Part shown: positions 1-12,100 of the stretch, in pieces
Numbering within the stretch: the stretch's first letter is position 1
Layout: the number at the start of each line of letters is the position of its first letter
NCBI GenBank assembly: GCA_000708835.1
Contig: DF237176.1
Coordinates: 62,001 to 126,000, forward strand
DNA length: 64,000 nucleotides
Reading direction: 5' to 3'
From: Klebsormidium nitens
Lineage: Eukaryota > Plantae > Klebsormidiophyceae
The notes under the pieces: generated by a model
Seen by the model: only the letters and a program-made list of their open reading frames with translations
Told to the model about the DNA's origin: nothing
Database searches by the model: none
Made by a program: the position numbers and the translations under genes

Positions 1-371
1 TTCGGAACTCAGGGCACGCGAAGTTTCCTTGGGCTTAACCAGCGAGAGAACGGATCGAAGCATTCAGTGTCTCGACATGTCTCTTCATGTCGCAATATGT
101 GTGGAGCTGGAGCAGGCTCCTAGGTCAAAAAGTCACAGAAGAGGGGGACTTGAAATTGCGGCACGTGCAACAGGAAGTGAAACAACGGCACGTCTGCAGG
201 AAAAGATTGACCAGGACCCGGAAGGAAAAGAAAGCGAAAGAGCACAGACCCATATGCAGAGGTCTTAGACCGAGGGCAACCGTAAGACACACAGAAGCGA
301 AAAGGTGGACACGACAAGACAATAAGTAGGAAAGAACAAGCAAAACGTGGAAGCATTGCAGCGCTCCTTAC

Positions 372-3300
372 CCGTGTGGAACCACCCGTCAACGACCACC
401 TCGCTGTACAGCTCCGGCTGCTTGTAGTACCCGCTGAACAGCGCCGGCCCGCGGAAGCAGACCTCGCCCCGCGCGGGCGTGCCGTTCGGGTCGTAGTTCA
501 TCTCCGGGACGGCGGCCAGCCGGACCTCCTGCTGCGGCTGGGGGGGCCCGACGGTGCTGGCCATGGACGCAACGTTGGGGATGGCGATGCACCCGCCCGC
601 GCAGTTCTCGGTCAGGCCTGCACGTCGTGGAGAAAGTTTAGAGCTCGAGTATCGGGAGTGTTTGACTAAAGACTCTGCTTTCGAGAGTCTGGGTGTCGGG
701 GTTGGTGGAGCTTTGGATCTATACTCGTCCGTTGAGAAACGTCAGAGATCCAATGTCGGCAATCTTGGGTCGAACGGCTCTGTTTCTGAGGATCTGGGCA
801 TTGAGGTTGGTGGAGTTCTGGATCTTTACCAACCTCACAGAAATGTAAACCCAAGAAGGCAAGAAAAAGGATGCCACGGACCGCAGCCTTGGACAGGCCT
901 GCCGGTGGAGCTTCGCGGCTTATGCTGGATCGACATTGTAGAAATCTACTTTATCAGAGAAGATTTTGGGCACGAGATCTTCATGTGGAAGGATCGGAAC
1001 TGGGCGCATTGGCGCACAGCTTCCTCTACCTAACAGTTCTTTGCTGTGCCGCTTCCTCTGTAGTTGCAGGTCTGAACGTTGGCAGGGGATGTGTATCGAG
1101 CGTCCTCAGGAAGAGCGTATTCAGAGGAACAGGATATTCCGTTTAGACCAGTCCTGATGAACCAGAGCGACAAAGATGGGCATCTCAACTTGGAATTCAC
1201 AATCCAATCTTATAGAGCGTGGAACAAAGCAACGTGGCTGCGAAGTGAATTGGCCCCCCGTTGTGAGAAGACAGCTTACCATATCCCTGAACCACTGGCG
1301 CGCACATTGTGACCTTGAGGAAGTCCTCGACGTGGGGGGCAAGAGGGGCAGCCCCTGACAGGATGAGCCGCACGTTGCCACCGAGGCGCTGCTTGACCTG
1401 TCGTCGAAAAAGGTTTGGACGTGGTCAGATGAGGTGGGTCTACCGGACTTTGGAGTTCCAAGCTTTTTTTGCGCACAGAAAGTTTCTGATTTCGAATCCC
1501 TGTGCCTTTCGAGTGGTTTCTGCCAGACGTTCCTTGCTCTTTGAAGACGGCACTGCCGGCACGGCCTTGGTCACACTAAACGTTCATTTGAGAAACTTTA
1601 CCAGCTCGCTTTACCGGTTCAGATGCTGGGAAGAAAGAGTCTCTTTGAATCACATTTGTAATCTTCTTAACACAGACTATCAGCCTTCAATATTGTAAAG
1701 GAGGCTCAAAAGGTGTCTCCGAACGAGGCTAAAACTGCAGAGGAGCCTCAAGAAAGAGGAGAGGTCAGAGGAACGAAACTTCTATGCCCAGCCTGTTTGA
1801 CGTCTATGAGCTGGGAGATGTCCCACAAAAACAGTCGGAAACAGGGATTTGTCAAAGACGTTGATGAAGTTGGTTACGAGCTTCGAACGAAGAAGAACGG
1901 GTGAGCGAGGAACAGCGAGCAAGAATCGTACCCGGAATAGAAAGGGTGCTGCAATGATGGCAGCCGAAAGCCAGGCAGTCCTGAAAACCCACTCTGTCTG
2001 TCGCCTGCAGTTCGTCAACGCTCCAGACAGGATCAAGCATTGGTGTTTAAAAGGTGCTAGCATCGAAAGCGTTACCTTGCCGAAGACGAGGGCGTCCATG
2101 ATCGGAGCGGCCTGATCAAAGCGCTTCCCTGCCTGCAGACTCTTGAGCTTTCTGCACAAAGCAGATCGCAAGTGGTTAGACTTGCAGGACCAACCATTCC
2201 ATAGATTGGAGCTAGTAGCTGATTGCCAAGCACGCACGCCACATGCAAATGGGGCGTTTTCTCAACAGAACCCTGGACCAGGACTCCCACAAAGTACATA
2301 CAGGTCTCCTCAGGCAAGAAACCGATAATCTTCGAGGCTTCAAAAGATTAACCAGAGATTAGCATTGAGGGCACGTTATGCGGGGGGTCCGAAACTTAGA
2401 TTCGGCCAGGGCAAGTTCCAGAACATTACAGATAACAAACGATTGTTGTTTTAGAAAGCCCGCGACCCTCGCTCTGCTTTGTAGGCTGCTTGGCACGACG
2501 CGTTTTCTGTAGGTGAATCGGGGCCACTCATATTAAAAACGCAAGAGGGTATGCAAGCAGAAAGGTACCTTGAAGATCATAACAGAACTCTTACCTGTCG
2601 AAACCAAAGTTGAAGAGCCACTTCTTCAAGCCCCCGCTCTCGTTCACCTTCGCTTTGATGCCAGAGTAGATCCTGCAGCAAACAGTCTGTTTAGAAACAT
2701 TCTACGGCCAACCAGCTCATACCTTCTCATTCTATGGCATGGACAAGCACGATGGCTGCACTTATGAATGAGTCGTCGTGAAGAAACCGCACTGGCACAA
2801 CCGTCTTAGTACCACAGGAAAATCTCACCGTTGACAGCAGAGAACCAGTTGTGCTGCAGCACGAGTCACGCACTCCCAAGCGGGGGAAATAACCCCAATC
2901 ACAGAACAATCTGCGGATGTTTGGCGCACCTGTCGAAGATGCGAGGCGCGCCAGCGAACAGCGTAGGTTTGAGCTCGCCGATGTCATCCACGAGGAGCTT
3001 GACGTCACCCTGCCAGTAGCCAATCGAGGCTCCCAGGTAGATGAACATCTCCTCGAGGACCCGGTCCATGATGTGAGCGAGTGGGAGGTAAGACAAGAAC
3101 TTGTCGTGCTCTGTCAACTGGACCAAAAAAACCAGTGCATGTGTTACAATTCGGCATCAACGAACCGTCTGATCGCCACACAAGGAAGCTCAAGCGAAAG
3201 CAGGGAAGAAGCCGGCCAGATGTTGTTTGGAAGAAGAGACCTACGACCGAGACATTTCAAGGGGATGAGAAGCAAGCATGACGACTGATTTCTGGAGCTG

Positions 3301-6300
3301 ATCATCCAACAGGAACATCCTCTGTGTGACGCAAGGAAGGGTGGGTGCGAAGATAGTAACGGTCAGCGATTGAGAGGCGGCTCCGCAAAGGTCGTCAGGT
3401 GAGCAATCTACGAGAAGGAAGCGTCTGCCCTTTGCAACTTGTGTTTAAATCCTCGTACACAACATCCTTCTGCAATTACTGCTGACCCTGTTTGCTCTTT
3501 CGAATGAAGTGCTGTCCCTTGGTACCAGAAGCAAAAGTTCCCTGAGGACACCGGATAGCAAGACCTTTAACCAGTCCGTGCTGCGAGACGGCTTTGCATG
3601 CTGTGGAGCAGAAGACGGAAAGTACTTACTTCGTAGTTGGCATCCTTCAAGTAGAGTGCGCCAGCGGCAATGGAGCTCAAGATAGCCGAGTGAGTAATCT
3701 CAACACCCTGGGACCAACACGAAGCAATCATCAGGTCGCTTGCCAAAAGACTTGTCAGACGACATTGGAATCGATTCTAATGGCAGGCAACTCCGGTAAG
3801 GCAAAAAAGCCCCTTGAACAAAACTAGGATGCGGCACCCACTCTGCACTGATGCCAGGATCAAGTGCCAAGGCCAATCCCTTTACTGGTCCTGCTCTCTT
3901 TCTGTACTGGCTACACGCTGATATGAGCGGCGAAGGGTCAGTAAAAGCCCTTAAGTATCTGCTCCTAAATGCCGCAAAACTCATGTAAAACCCGCTTGCC
4001 ATTTTCCCTTGCTCAACCGCTCCCTCGACCCCAGTCTGCCATATCGCTAACCCCCTCCTTAACCCCTTCTCAGCGCCCTTCTGCCCCTCGCTAACCCAGT
4101 TCTTGACATGGTCTTTGCTAAAACGTACCTTGGGGTCTCCCGTCGTGCCACTGGTGTACATAATGGTGCACAGGTTACTGCCCTGGGGCGGCACCGGCTT
4201 CGCAGGGTTTGCTGCTCCCTACAAGGAGCACCCAATATGTTGGTGAGCTTAGAACCGGGTTGTCTGACAGTGAGAGGGGGTGGTCAAGAGCAAGAGGAGC
4301 GGTGGCGGTGTGCTTGCTCTGCTTTTGCAAACACAGAATGCCAGAAGTGACAGAAGCTATGCTAAGAATGACAATGCAAAGAAAAGCACAGAAAGCCGGC
4401 TCAATCAGTGCTTGTACGTGACGAGCAATTATGCAGATGTAGGGCAGTTGAGAAGGTCTATGCAAAGCGACCCACATCCCAGCAAGAGTATTTGCAAGGT
4501 CTGACCAGAGGTTCCTATGTTTGAATCATACCAGCTCTCTGAACTCAGCCTGGCTGTACGCAGTCATGCCAAAGCTCGCAGCCTTCTCCTTGAACTCCAA
4601 CGACAAGTCGCCAAAGCTCACAACAGCTGCATCAGACAAGGTCAAAGGGACTATGTTAGAAACTGCCTGCGAAAAAAGTACGAACCAGCCCTGAGAACCA
4701 TTTCAGAGTGTCGGAAGGACTTCTTTGGCAGAGACAAGTCACTCGAACCCGGTGTTAAGGCAGTCATAATCACTGGAACATGATACTGATACGGAGGAGG
4801 GGCTTGAGCAGAACGCCTCTGGTGAGCATGTGCTGAGTCAGGATTCAGAAAACGACTTCTCATGTACAGCGCTCATGTCGGGATGCTTACTCTTTACTGT
4901 CTTCGCGTTTGGCAGGGCCTCAAACAACTGCAAAGACATGGCAGAGGTGAGGATCAAGGAAAGAGATCATGTTCAGTAAGAACGCTAGACTCTGTAACTG
5001 AGAGGTCCAACAATCCGTACTTTTGACGACCATGCAGTGTTTAGAGGTTTGTCCAGGCAACTTGAGTCATACTTCCGAAAAGAGCATCAGAACTCTCTGC
5101 TAAACTCTTGTGCCACTTTTTAAAGTACCACCAATCTGGACCCTTGGTGGTACAAATTGGTGGAACTTGTACCAATTCCACAAGCATTGAAACCACCAAT
5201 CCGCACACAAGCGAAAGGCACAATTAAGGGGAAATCAATCTCACATAAATTCAGCCCGTCTTACCTTTGCTGCCTTTTCCGCTTGGAAGAATACGATGGC
5301 AACTTCGGCGTGGTTCAGGATGTACTCAACGGCGTTCTCACCTGCGACAAAACTATTCTTGTTCTGAGCTCTGTCCAAAGCTTGAAAAAGATTTGCAAGT
5401 AGAAGCATTTGAGCTGAAACAAATCCTGACAGGCGGCCTCATGCTTCAAAGCTGAACAGAAGTCCTGAGAGCGACACAATGCTGAAGCCTTCACTGTGCA
5501 AAGCTGCCCTGTACTGCAAATTTTCAGCAAATGAAAAGCCAGTGCTCTGGCGAGTGACAACCTGTGCGGTTTTCACAGCTTCCAGACTTCAATGCACTTA
5601 AAGAGGTCAGTGTCGTAATAACCTCCTACAACTGAAAACTCACCCAGCGTGTCATACAAGGGAACACAGAACACGCTCTGCGAGTTGTATGCTTGCATGG
5701 CCAGCATCCATTCCACTGAATTGATGCCATAGATACCACCTTTCATGCCCTGCACAAAGGTTACAAAGTAGAGTTGAAACATCGACCTTCCCAACTTGGT
5801 CAATTTTGTCGCCTGCCTCGACTCCCTCCACAACTGCTCAGTAGCAGGTTCCAATCCCAAGTTGTTCACAATTTCATAATTGCTTACACTTTGCAAAGGC
5901 TGTTCAACTATGCAAGTGGCTGCCTTCAGCGAACACCGGGGTCTTCTTCACTTTCCTGAGGGTATGAAGAGCAATGAGGTTTATTTGGTCATAAAGAACA
6001 GCACCAGAAAGATATCTCCCTCTTTAAACAAATGCACGAAATAAGGTTTCTGATTTCAGGAGATGCAACAGAGTGGTACTGGAAAGGTTGGACACTTACA
6101 GGCTTGAGTCCAATATGGTTCAAGGCAGAGCCAATCTTGTCCACTTCCTTTCCGGCGTCCGCGTACGACATCCACTTGAAAGGGCCAGCCTGCACAAAAC
6201 CCTAAGACTGATCTTCAAATGCTTCAATGCATGATGACGCCAGAGTTGTGATGACATAACCAGAGTGGCGTCAGGACAAGTCAAAGGCATCGCAAGAAAG

Positions 6301-6790
6301 ATAGGGTCTCCTGCACGAAACACTTCACCGTGCAACACTGCAAGAAACCTTTGATGCTGAGCATATTTTAGAAATCACATGCGCCAAAAAGCTTTTCTGC
6401 GATGGGAGCCAGGTGTTGATGAGCACACCTTGCCATCGACCTTCCCTCTCCAGCCAAAAGCCTTGTTCAAAGGATACTTTTCCACCGACCTCCTGCAATG
6501 CAGACAAGAGCATCTCAGACCACACGTCAAGCTGCGACCTCGGCATGGCAAAACCTTGAAGAAGACAGTGCCAACGGCAAATGCATATGCAAAAAGACAC
6601 AGCTTGTCTTTTGGAGCATTTGTTCAATCGCGATTACTTACGTGAAATTCTCGTAAAGGTTTGTCACCCCAGGGATTGTCGGAAACCCATCCTTTGAGCC
6701 AGAATACCGATATGTGGGACCGTATGAGTAGGGATTGTTGCCAGTCGCCGGCTGAGCAGGCGCGACCTCTACAATGTACTTAGAATCCAT
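372..6790 (-). CDS. LACS: Long-chain acyl-CoA synthetase, plant LACS4/5-like; 13 exons in window, 3' end continues left of position 1
   Basis: Phase-consistent GT-AG exons 6790-6642, 6492-6429, 6190-6100, 5749-5644, 5341-5265, 4666-4532, 4218-4129, 3707-3630, 3117-2930, ~2672-2595, 2151-2076, 1397-1280, 617-372. Translation has the AMP-binding motif CTIMYTSGTTGDPKGV, FLSYLPLAHIMDR, LGGNVRLILSGAAPL, QGYGLTE, RGEVCFRGPALFSGYYK and DGWFHTG. An upstream in-frame start at 6928 is possible. Confidence 0.95.
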
Positions 6791-7437
6791 CTGTGCGCGT
6801 TCAACCAGCTTTCCTGAAAGATTGGTCAAACGCCTTGGTGGTCCTTGCTCTTGAAGGAAAATGCTCAAAGAAGGAAAGCCTGATGCATTGGCTGCAATGT
6901 CTCTACGGCTTCTCAAAAACGCCACCACGAGCCTGACTCAGCAGCCTGTTGACATCAAAACGTCTCCTCACATGGGCGCCTGTCTACCGTACCTAGATCT
7001 GAGCTGTGCAGGATGAACTCCGCAGGAAGCAAGATTTGAACTCCTGAATCAGGATTCAGCCTTCATTGCTCGATTCAAGAAGGCTTTCAAATAGGTAGGT
7101 ACTGAAACAGAGCGAAATTGGCGCAGATTGCTCTTACTTTGGGCTGATTTTCTGCGACGGGTACCCCAGGCCCCACGGTCACAGGCTACGGTCACATGCA
7201 AACTACAAACTTTGACCATGTATAACTTTCTGAGCTTTTGTCTGCTAATATTGTGCTAGCAGTCAAAATCCATCTTCTTTCTGTCAGCTTTTCAATGCTA
7301 TAATCGGACTTTACCAAATCGAAGGGGCTGCAGCCTGCGGGTGCATACAAGCAGATGTATCGAAAGGTAGCCCTGGTCACACTTTCTGCTCCCTGGGACT
7401 GAACTTTGAAGTTGGCGGGTGGATTTGCACCGGTCAG

Positions 7438-7655
7438 CAGGGTTTCCCACAGCCGGCAGCTACACTTGGACCTGGCCGGCCGAGAAGAGACCCCGGCCGG
7501 TGCCGAAGGCACCCTGCCGGCTGGTCAGCCGGCAGAAAATGCAGGCGCTTAGTGGGCTCAGCCGGCCGGTAAACCAAATGCTGGCTACCGAGCCGGCAGA
7601 ACCGGGGGGGCGCCGGCAGCTGGCCGGCCGGGACAAAAGTCCGTGGGAAACCCTG
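7438..7655. mobile_element. Non-autonomous hAT-type MITE (218 bp)
   Basis: 13-bp perfect terminal inverted repeats CAGGGTTTCCCAC (7438-7450) and GTGGGAAACCCTG (7643-7655). Identical 8-bp flanking duplication CCGGTCAG at 7430-7437 and 7656-7663. The interior is full of GCCGGC motifs. An 8-bp TSD with CAGGG ends is the established hAT signature. Confidence 0.85.
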
Positions 7656-9194
7656 CCGGTCAGTACTTATTTCTGACCCCGACCCGAATCATGGGCTCTT
7701 TAGGGGTCCCATGGGGCCCTGCCAAACGCCTCTCCTAGTCAAAACAACCAACTGAGCAATGGCTATGGGTCGGTGAAGTCTGCTGAGCCGTTTCACTAAT
7801 ACATGCAATCGGGCGGCCTTCATAAGGTGACCCTCCGACGGCCAAATGAACCCCAGATTTGCATCACTTTTGACCAAAGGTACCCCCGAGGTGACGACCT
7901 TCTCAGATTTTCATCGAAGTGCCCGGTTGGACTTTAGCAGCTTTGGTTGTGCCCAAAAACGGGTTATTTTTGCAGGGCAGTTTTTTACCATTGTCAGCTT
8001 GATTGTGCCCTCGTGGTTGCCAGATTGACTTCGACGTCGATGTTAGGCTCTAAACACCTTCTCCATGACCCAAGCTTTCCATCGAACCTTGGGTCGGGGG
8101 GCCAATCGCAACCGCTGAGGTATTATAGCGCCCGCCAGATTACCCTCTTTCCAGATTTGTTTGAGGGCAAAACTCGATAACGTCAACATCCAGACGTCGT
8201 ATGGCAATCTAACCCACTTCAACGACCTAAAATTGGTTGAAACCCCCCTTCTGGGTCCTGCCAACCTATACGGAGGCCTGCGAAGCTCGTATGATGGGCC
8301 TCAGGTGGTCCAGCTGGCTCTGATTAGGGTTGCAGCGATGCCTTACCAGCCAGATTAGGGTTCTGAAATAGGACAAAACGAGGGCATCTTACGGTGCTCT
8401 TGAAGCCGTCGATGCGTACTTTGATTGGTATTTGACCGTAGATGACCTGCCTAGCCGCCCCGACTCCTCATACGACCTGGAGAGTGCACTCGTGATATTC
8501 GCCCAGGGAGCCGCGTTGGGGTACCCGTCGCAAAAAATCAGCCTTTGGTTGGTAACGCACATTGCGCAAGTGACGTCCGTACCAAAACCGTCAGTCATGA
8601 AAGTCAATCTCGGCTCTTTGACCTGCTTAATGAAAAGTTTCGCGACAGAACGAACGGTAAAAACGGTGCATTTTCGTTACGTTGTCATCAATGCAGCTTC
8701 AAATAATCACCGGGTCAGCTTCTCTCACGGTTACGAACAGGCTGTCATGCTGACGGCAACTTTAGGCAACTTGCAAGGCTGCCACACGACTGTCAGCAAT
8801 TGTCGAGCGTCGAATATGTCCAATCTCAACATCGCACGGCTTGACGTTTGACGAGAAGATTCTGTACAAGTCAGCGCCCACCTGGACCTTTCTCCACCTT
8901 TCCTGACGTCAGCGCGTACGCATATGGCTAGCTCACGCCACAATTTCCAGTCATGGCAAATGGGTCATGGCATTGCATTCATGAAGCAAATGATTTGCAA
9001 ATGAAGCTGCAGCCACTCCGCTATCACTATTAGTAAAATGGTGGTCAAAAGCTAAAAGGCGAGGAATGTCTTGAGGACCAAGGAAAGACGGTAGAGAGAG
9101 CAACGGTGAAAGAGGGAGACAGTTGGGGTGGTGGCAAGCCCTTCTTTATTAAAGCTACTTGGCTTACCACCACTGTGTGGCATTCAGGCAGGTG

Positions 9195-12100
9195 ATGGCA
9201 GGAGCGTATGGGGAAGCGGAGGTCGTCCCCGTCTCGCCTTCAGGAGAGTATCCCGATGTCGAAGCTGTTGGGAGTCTGGCGAAGGTAAGTAGGTTCGTCA
9301 CACCGACATGTCGCATGAGGGAATGATGCATGATCGCCTTCGAATGAAGCAGCGGACTGGTCAGACGGGATTCGTTCTTGAAAAGTGATGAGTGAGCTGC
9401 CTCTCTGGATCTGGCAGTGCTGCCGTGATCCAGCTGCATGCATGTCAAATGTTGTATCAGCTGACTTTGGTTGCGGTTGTCAATAAAGTTCCTAGCCACT
9501 ACTGCAGTTCTCCACCGTCAAAATCCCAGGCAATGGCAAATCAGGGACAGAAGTTGCAACTATGCTGGCGCGATTATTTGTATCAGCTAGAATTTTGTCA
9601 AGATTCTCTGGTTCAGGTCCTTCCTAACAAGGCAAAGTGAGCTTTTGCAGGCAGCCATAGAGATGCGAGCTGAGCGGGAAGTCCTGGATAAGAAGCACAT
9701 TGAAGATGGTTAGTTTTCAGTGTGACAACTGATAAGCGGCCGTCGTCAGCTGGCATCCTGCGGTTGCTGACTGATTGTAGAAATGGTCGTTGTCATGCTG
9801 CCTCAATCTCTTGCAATCAGCTCACAAGTCCTCAATCTCCTGCATTCAGGCCACGAAATCTGGTTATGCTTTCAAACGATGCTGCGTCCAGCTCACTGAC
9901 TCACAGGGATTGAACGGTTCACATGCTTAAGGACTCAGGTTGCGTCCCAATGTGTAACATGCCGCCATCGAGAAGCAACACCAGATCTTACGATGCCAAT
10001 CACTCAGGACCTTAGTTTTGGACTGAAGCTGCTGATGATATAAGATCGACGACATGCATTCATAAAGCTTTGCCGATGCGCATAATCAAGACTATAGGAT
10101 ATTATGCTGCAGGTTCGCTGGACAAGATGAAGGCTGCAGTGGGGGAAGCAGTCCTTAGAAATCCGTATGTGGATGAGCAGTGGTAAGTGATCAGGGGCAT
10201 CATGTGAGTGCTTGTCCTTTTTTCGATCTGGTCCTTCATCATCTTTAGTTTGTCCACGGCTCGTTCCAAGGGGTTATATCTCGAGCAAAGCTTGAACAGT
10301 CTTCGAAACGGAATCTCAACGAGGGAGAATGTCTACAGCTGTAGAGATTTAGGGCGGCAGATCCTGCATCAAATCCCTGCAGTGACAATCGTTCCTCCAA
10401 TTGTACCACCCCTGTCCATGGACGAAGATATCTGATGCGAGTGCGCCGCTAATCCTTTCCAGCAACAATCTATATCCTGACAAGTTAGGTAATATTTGCA
10501 TAGCCCTTTCGGTTTCAACATTCAATCCCATGTTTTCCTTCCGCAGTCTGCTGAGGTTCCTGCGGGCAGATCTTGGAGACGTCAAGAAAGCGTCTAAGCG
10601 GCTCACGGCTTGTTTGGAATGGAGGGTGAGCTCTTCATTGTCCAGTTGTGTTTTCTAAGTCGTCTTCACTTCACTGACGCCTTTGTTTAATGAAAAGATC
10701 ATTCAAAGTTAAGGTTGCACGGTACTACCAACCTGGCAGAAGAACAAAATTCCCAGTCTACTTCAGCATTACAGGTGGCTTGAAGAAGTTCTTAGAAAAC
10801 ATGAGTTCACATTTAACTTCGATTCTGCTTTCAAAAAAGCTGCTTGCAAGAATGAGTGTATACAACAGCCTGCAAATACTTATAAAAAGCTCACTACCTT
10901 CTGTCCCTTCCGTCCCTTGTTCACATTTGCCTGTCAACTCAGCGTCTAGCTAGGGAGGATCCGATATGTCACTGCACATCTTCTCTTGACACTTTACTCT
11001 GGTACTTTGGCAGGAGAAACGGAAGCCAGAAATTGCAGTGTGTCCTTCTTGTGCTGCAGACCCTTTAGCACACTACGTTGTAAGTCCTTCTTCCCAGAAA
11101 TCTCTTCACATGTAGTTAGATGCACCTTCAGTTAGTCCTTTGGAGAGGCCATATATGCCTGCCTTTTTTGCTAACATAGGTCACTCAGTGTCAACTCCTA
11201 GCCAGACCCAGATGTCGTGAATTACTGGCAAATCAACACTTCTCTCCAAGAAAGCTTGCTGCCACTTAGGATTGAACGATACAGCAACAGCTTTGCATAG
11301 GAAGCCATAGGGTGGAATTTGCCATTTCTAACCAGGCGGTTAGCTCAGTAGCTAGTGCATATTCCTCATGCTCCGTAAGCAAGCCTGAACCAGACGGATA
11401 AGCCAATGACTAGACGTGTCATCATCGTTTCAGTCGTGAAGAAACTGATGACGAGGTAAGTATGCAACTTGCGAAACCTCGTTTTCCGTCCGTGCAGCAC
11501 TTCGTGGGCTTCGACAAATTTGGGAGGCCAGCACTGTACTCGTGCTTTGGACTTGGGGTAGGTCAACTTTCTTATCACAAGCTTCGGTCGTGATGATGTC
11601 ATCAGCCCTCCATTTCTTCTTAGAGTCTCGTATTTACAGACTCCAACATCTTGATCCTCCCTGCAATGCCAAAATATTAGGTTGGTCAGTGCGATTGTTT
11701 GGCTGCCCTCTGTACCGTGGTTAGTGTAATTGTTGAATCTGTATGTCGGGCCAATAAACGTTCCTCTGCAAAAACACCCCTGGACCTTAACAGTTCCGCG
11801 GTTGGATAAATGTGATGATTGCCATGTTCTGCGTACATCTGGACTTCACTTGCAGACACCGTACCTAATCGATGATTTTGTGCCGTCCAAAATCTGAAGT
11901 GATGTCTAGCACGCACTCCAGTCCGCGTCGATGCGCCCCGTTTTTGAAACTACAAACGGTTGCGAAACAGTTGCTCTATAAGTCCGTTGCTCACGTCTGT
12001 CATTAACAACGTATGAACATCAGTGGAAGTATTCGTGGCCGGTCATTCTCGTCTTTTGACGCCAAACTTCCCAGGTCGCCGTGACACGTTCGTTGCTCAC

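Noticed and set aside
7667-8372. Possible second inverted-repeat element next to the hAT MITE
   Set aside because: Only a 12/15 end match and a 9-bp internal inverted match, with no TSD.
8389-8607. Minus ORF with TCAMCVTNQRLIFCDGYPNA, resembling the start of a PHD finger
   Set aside because: The fourth ligand is Tyr and no His/Cys ligands follow; no splice context found. At best a decayed remnant.
10349-10606. 85-aa minus-strand ORF
   Set aside because: It is the antisense of the SEC14 exon encoding LLRFLRADLGDVKKA plus intron sequence.
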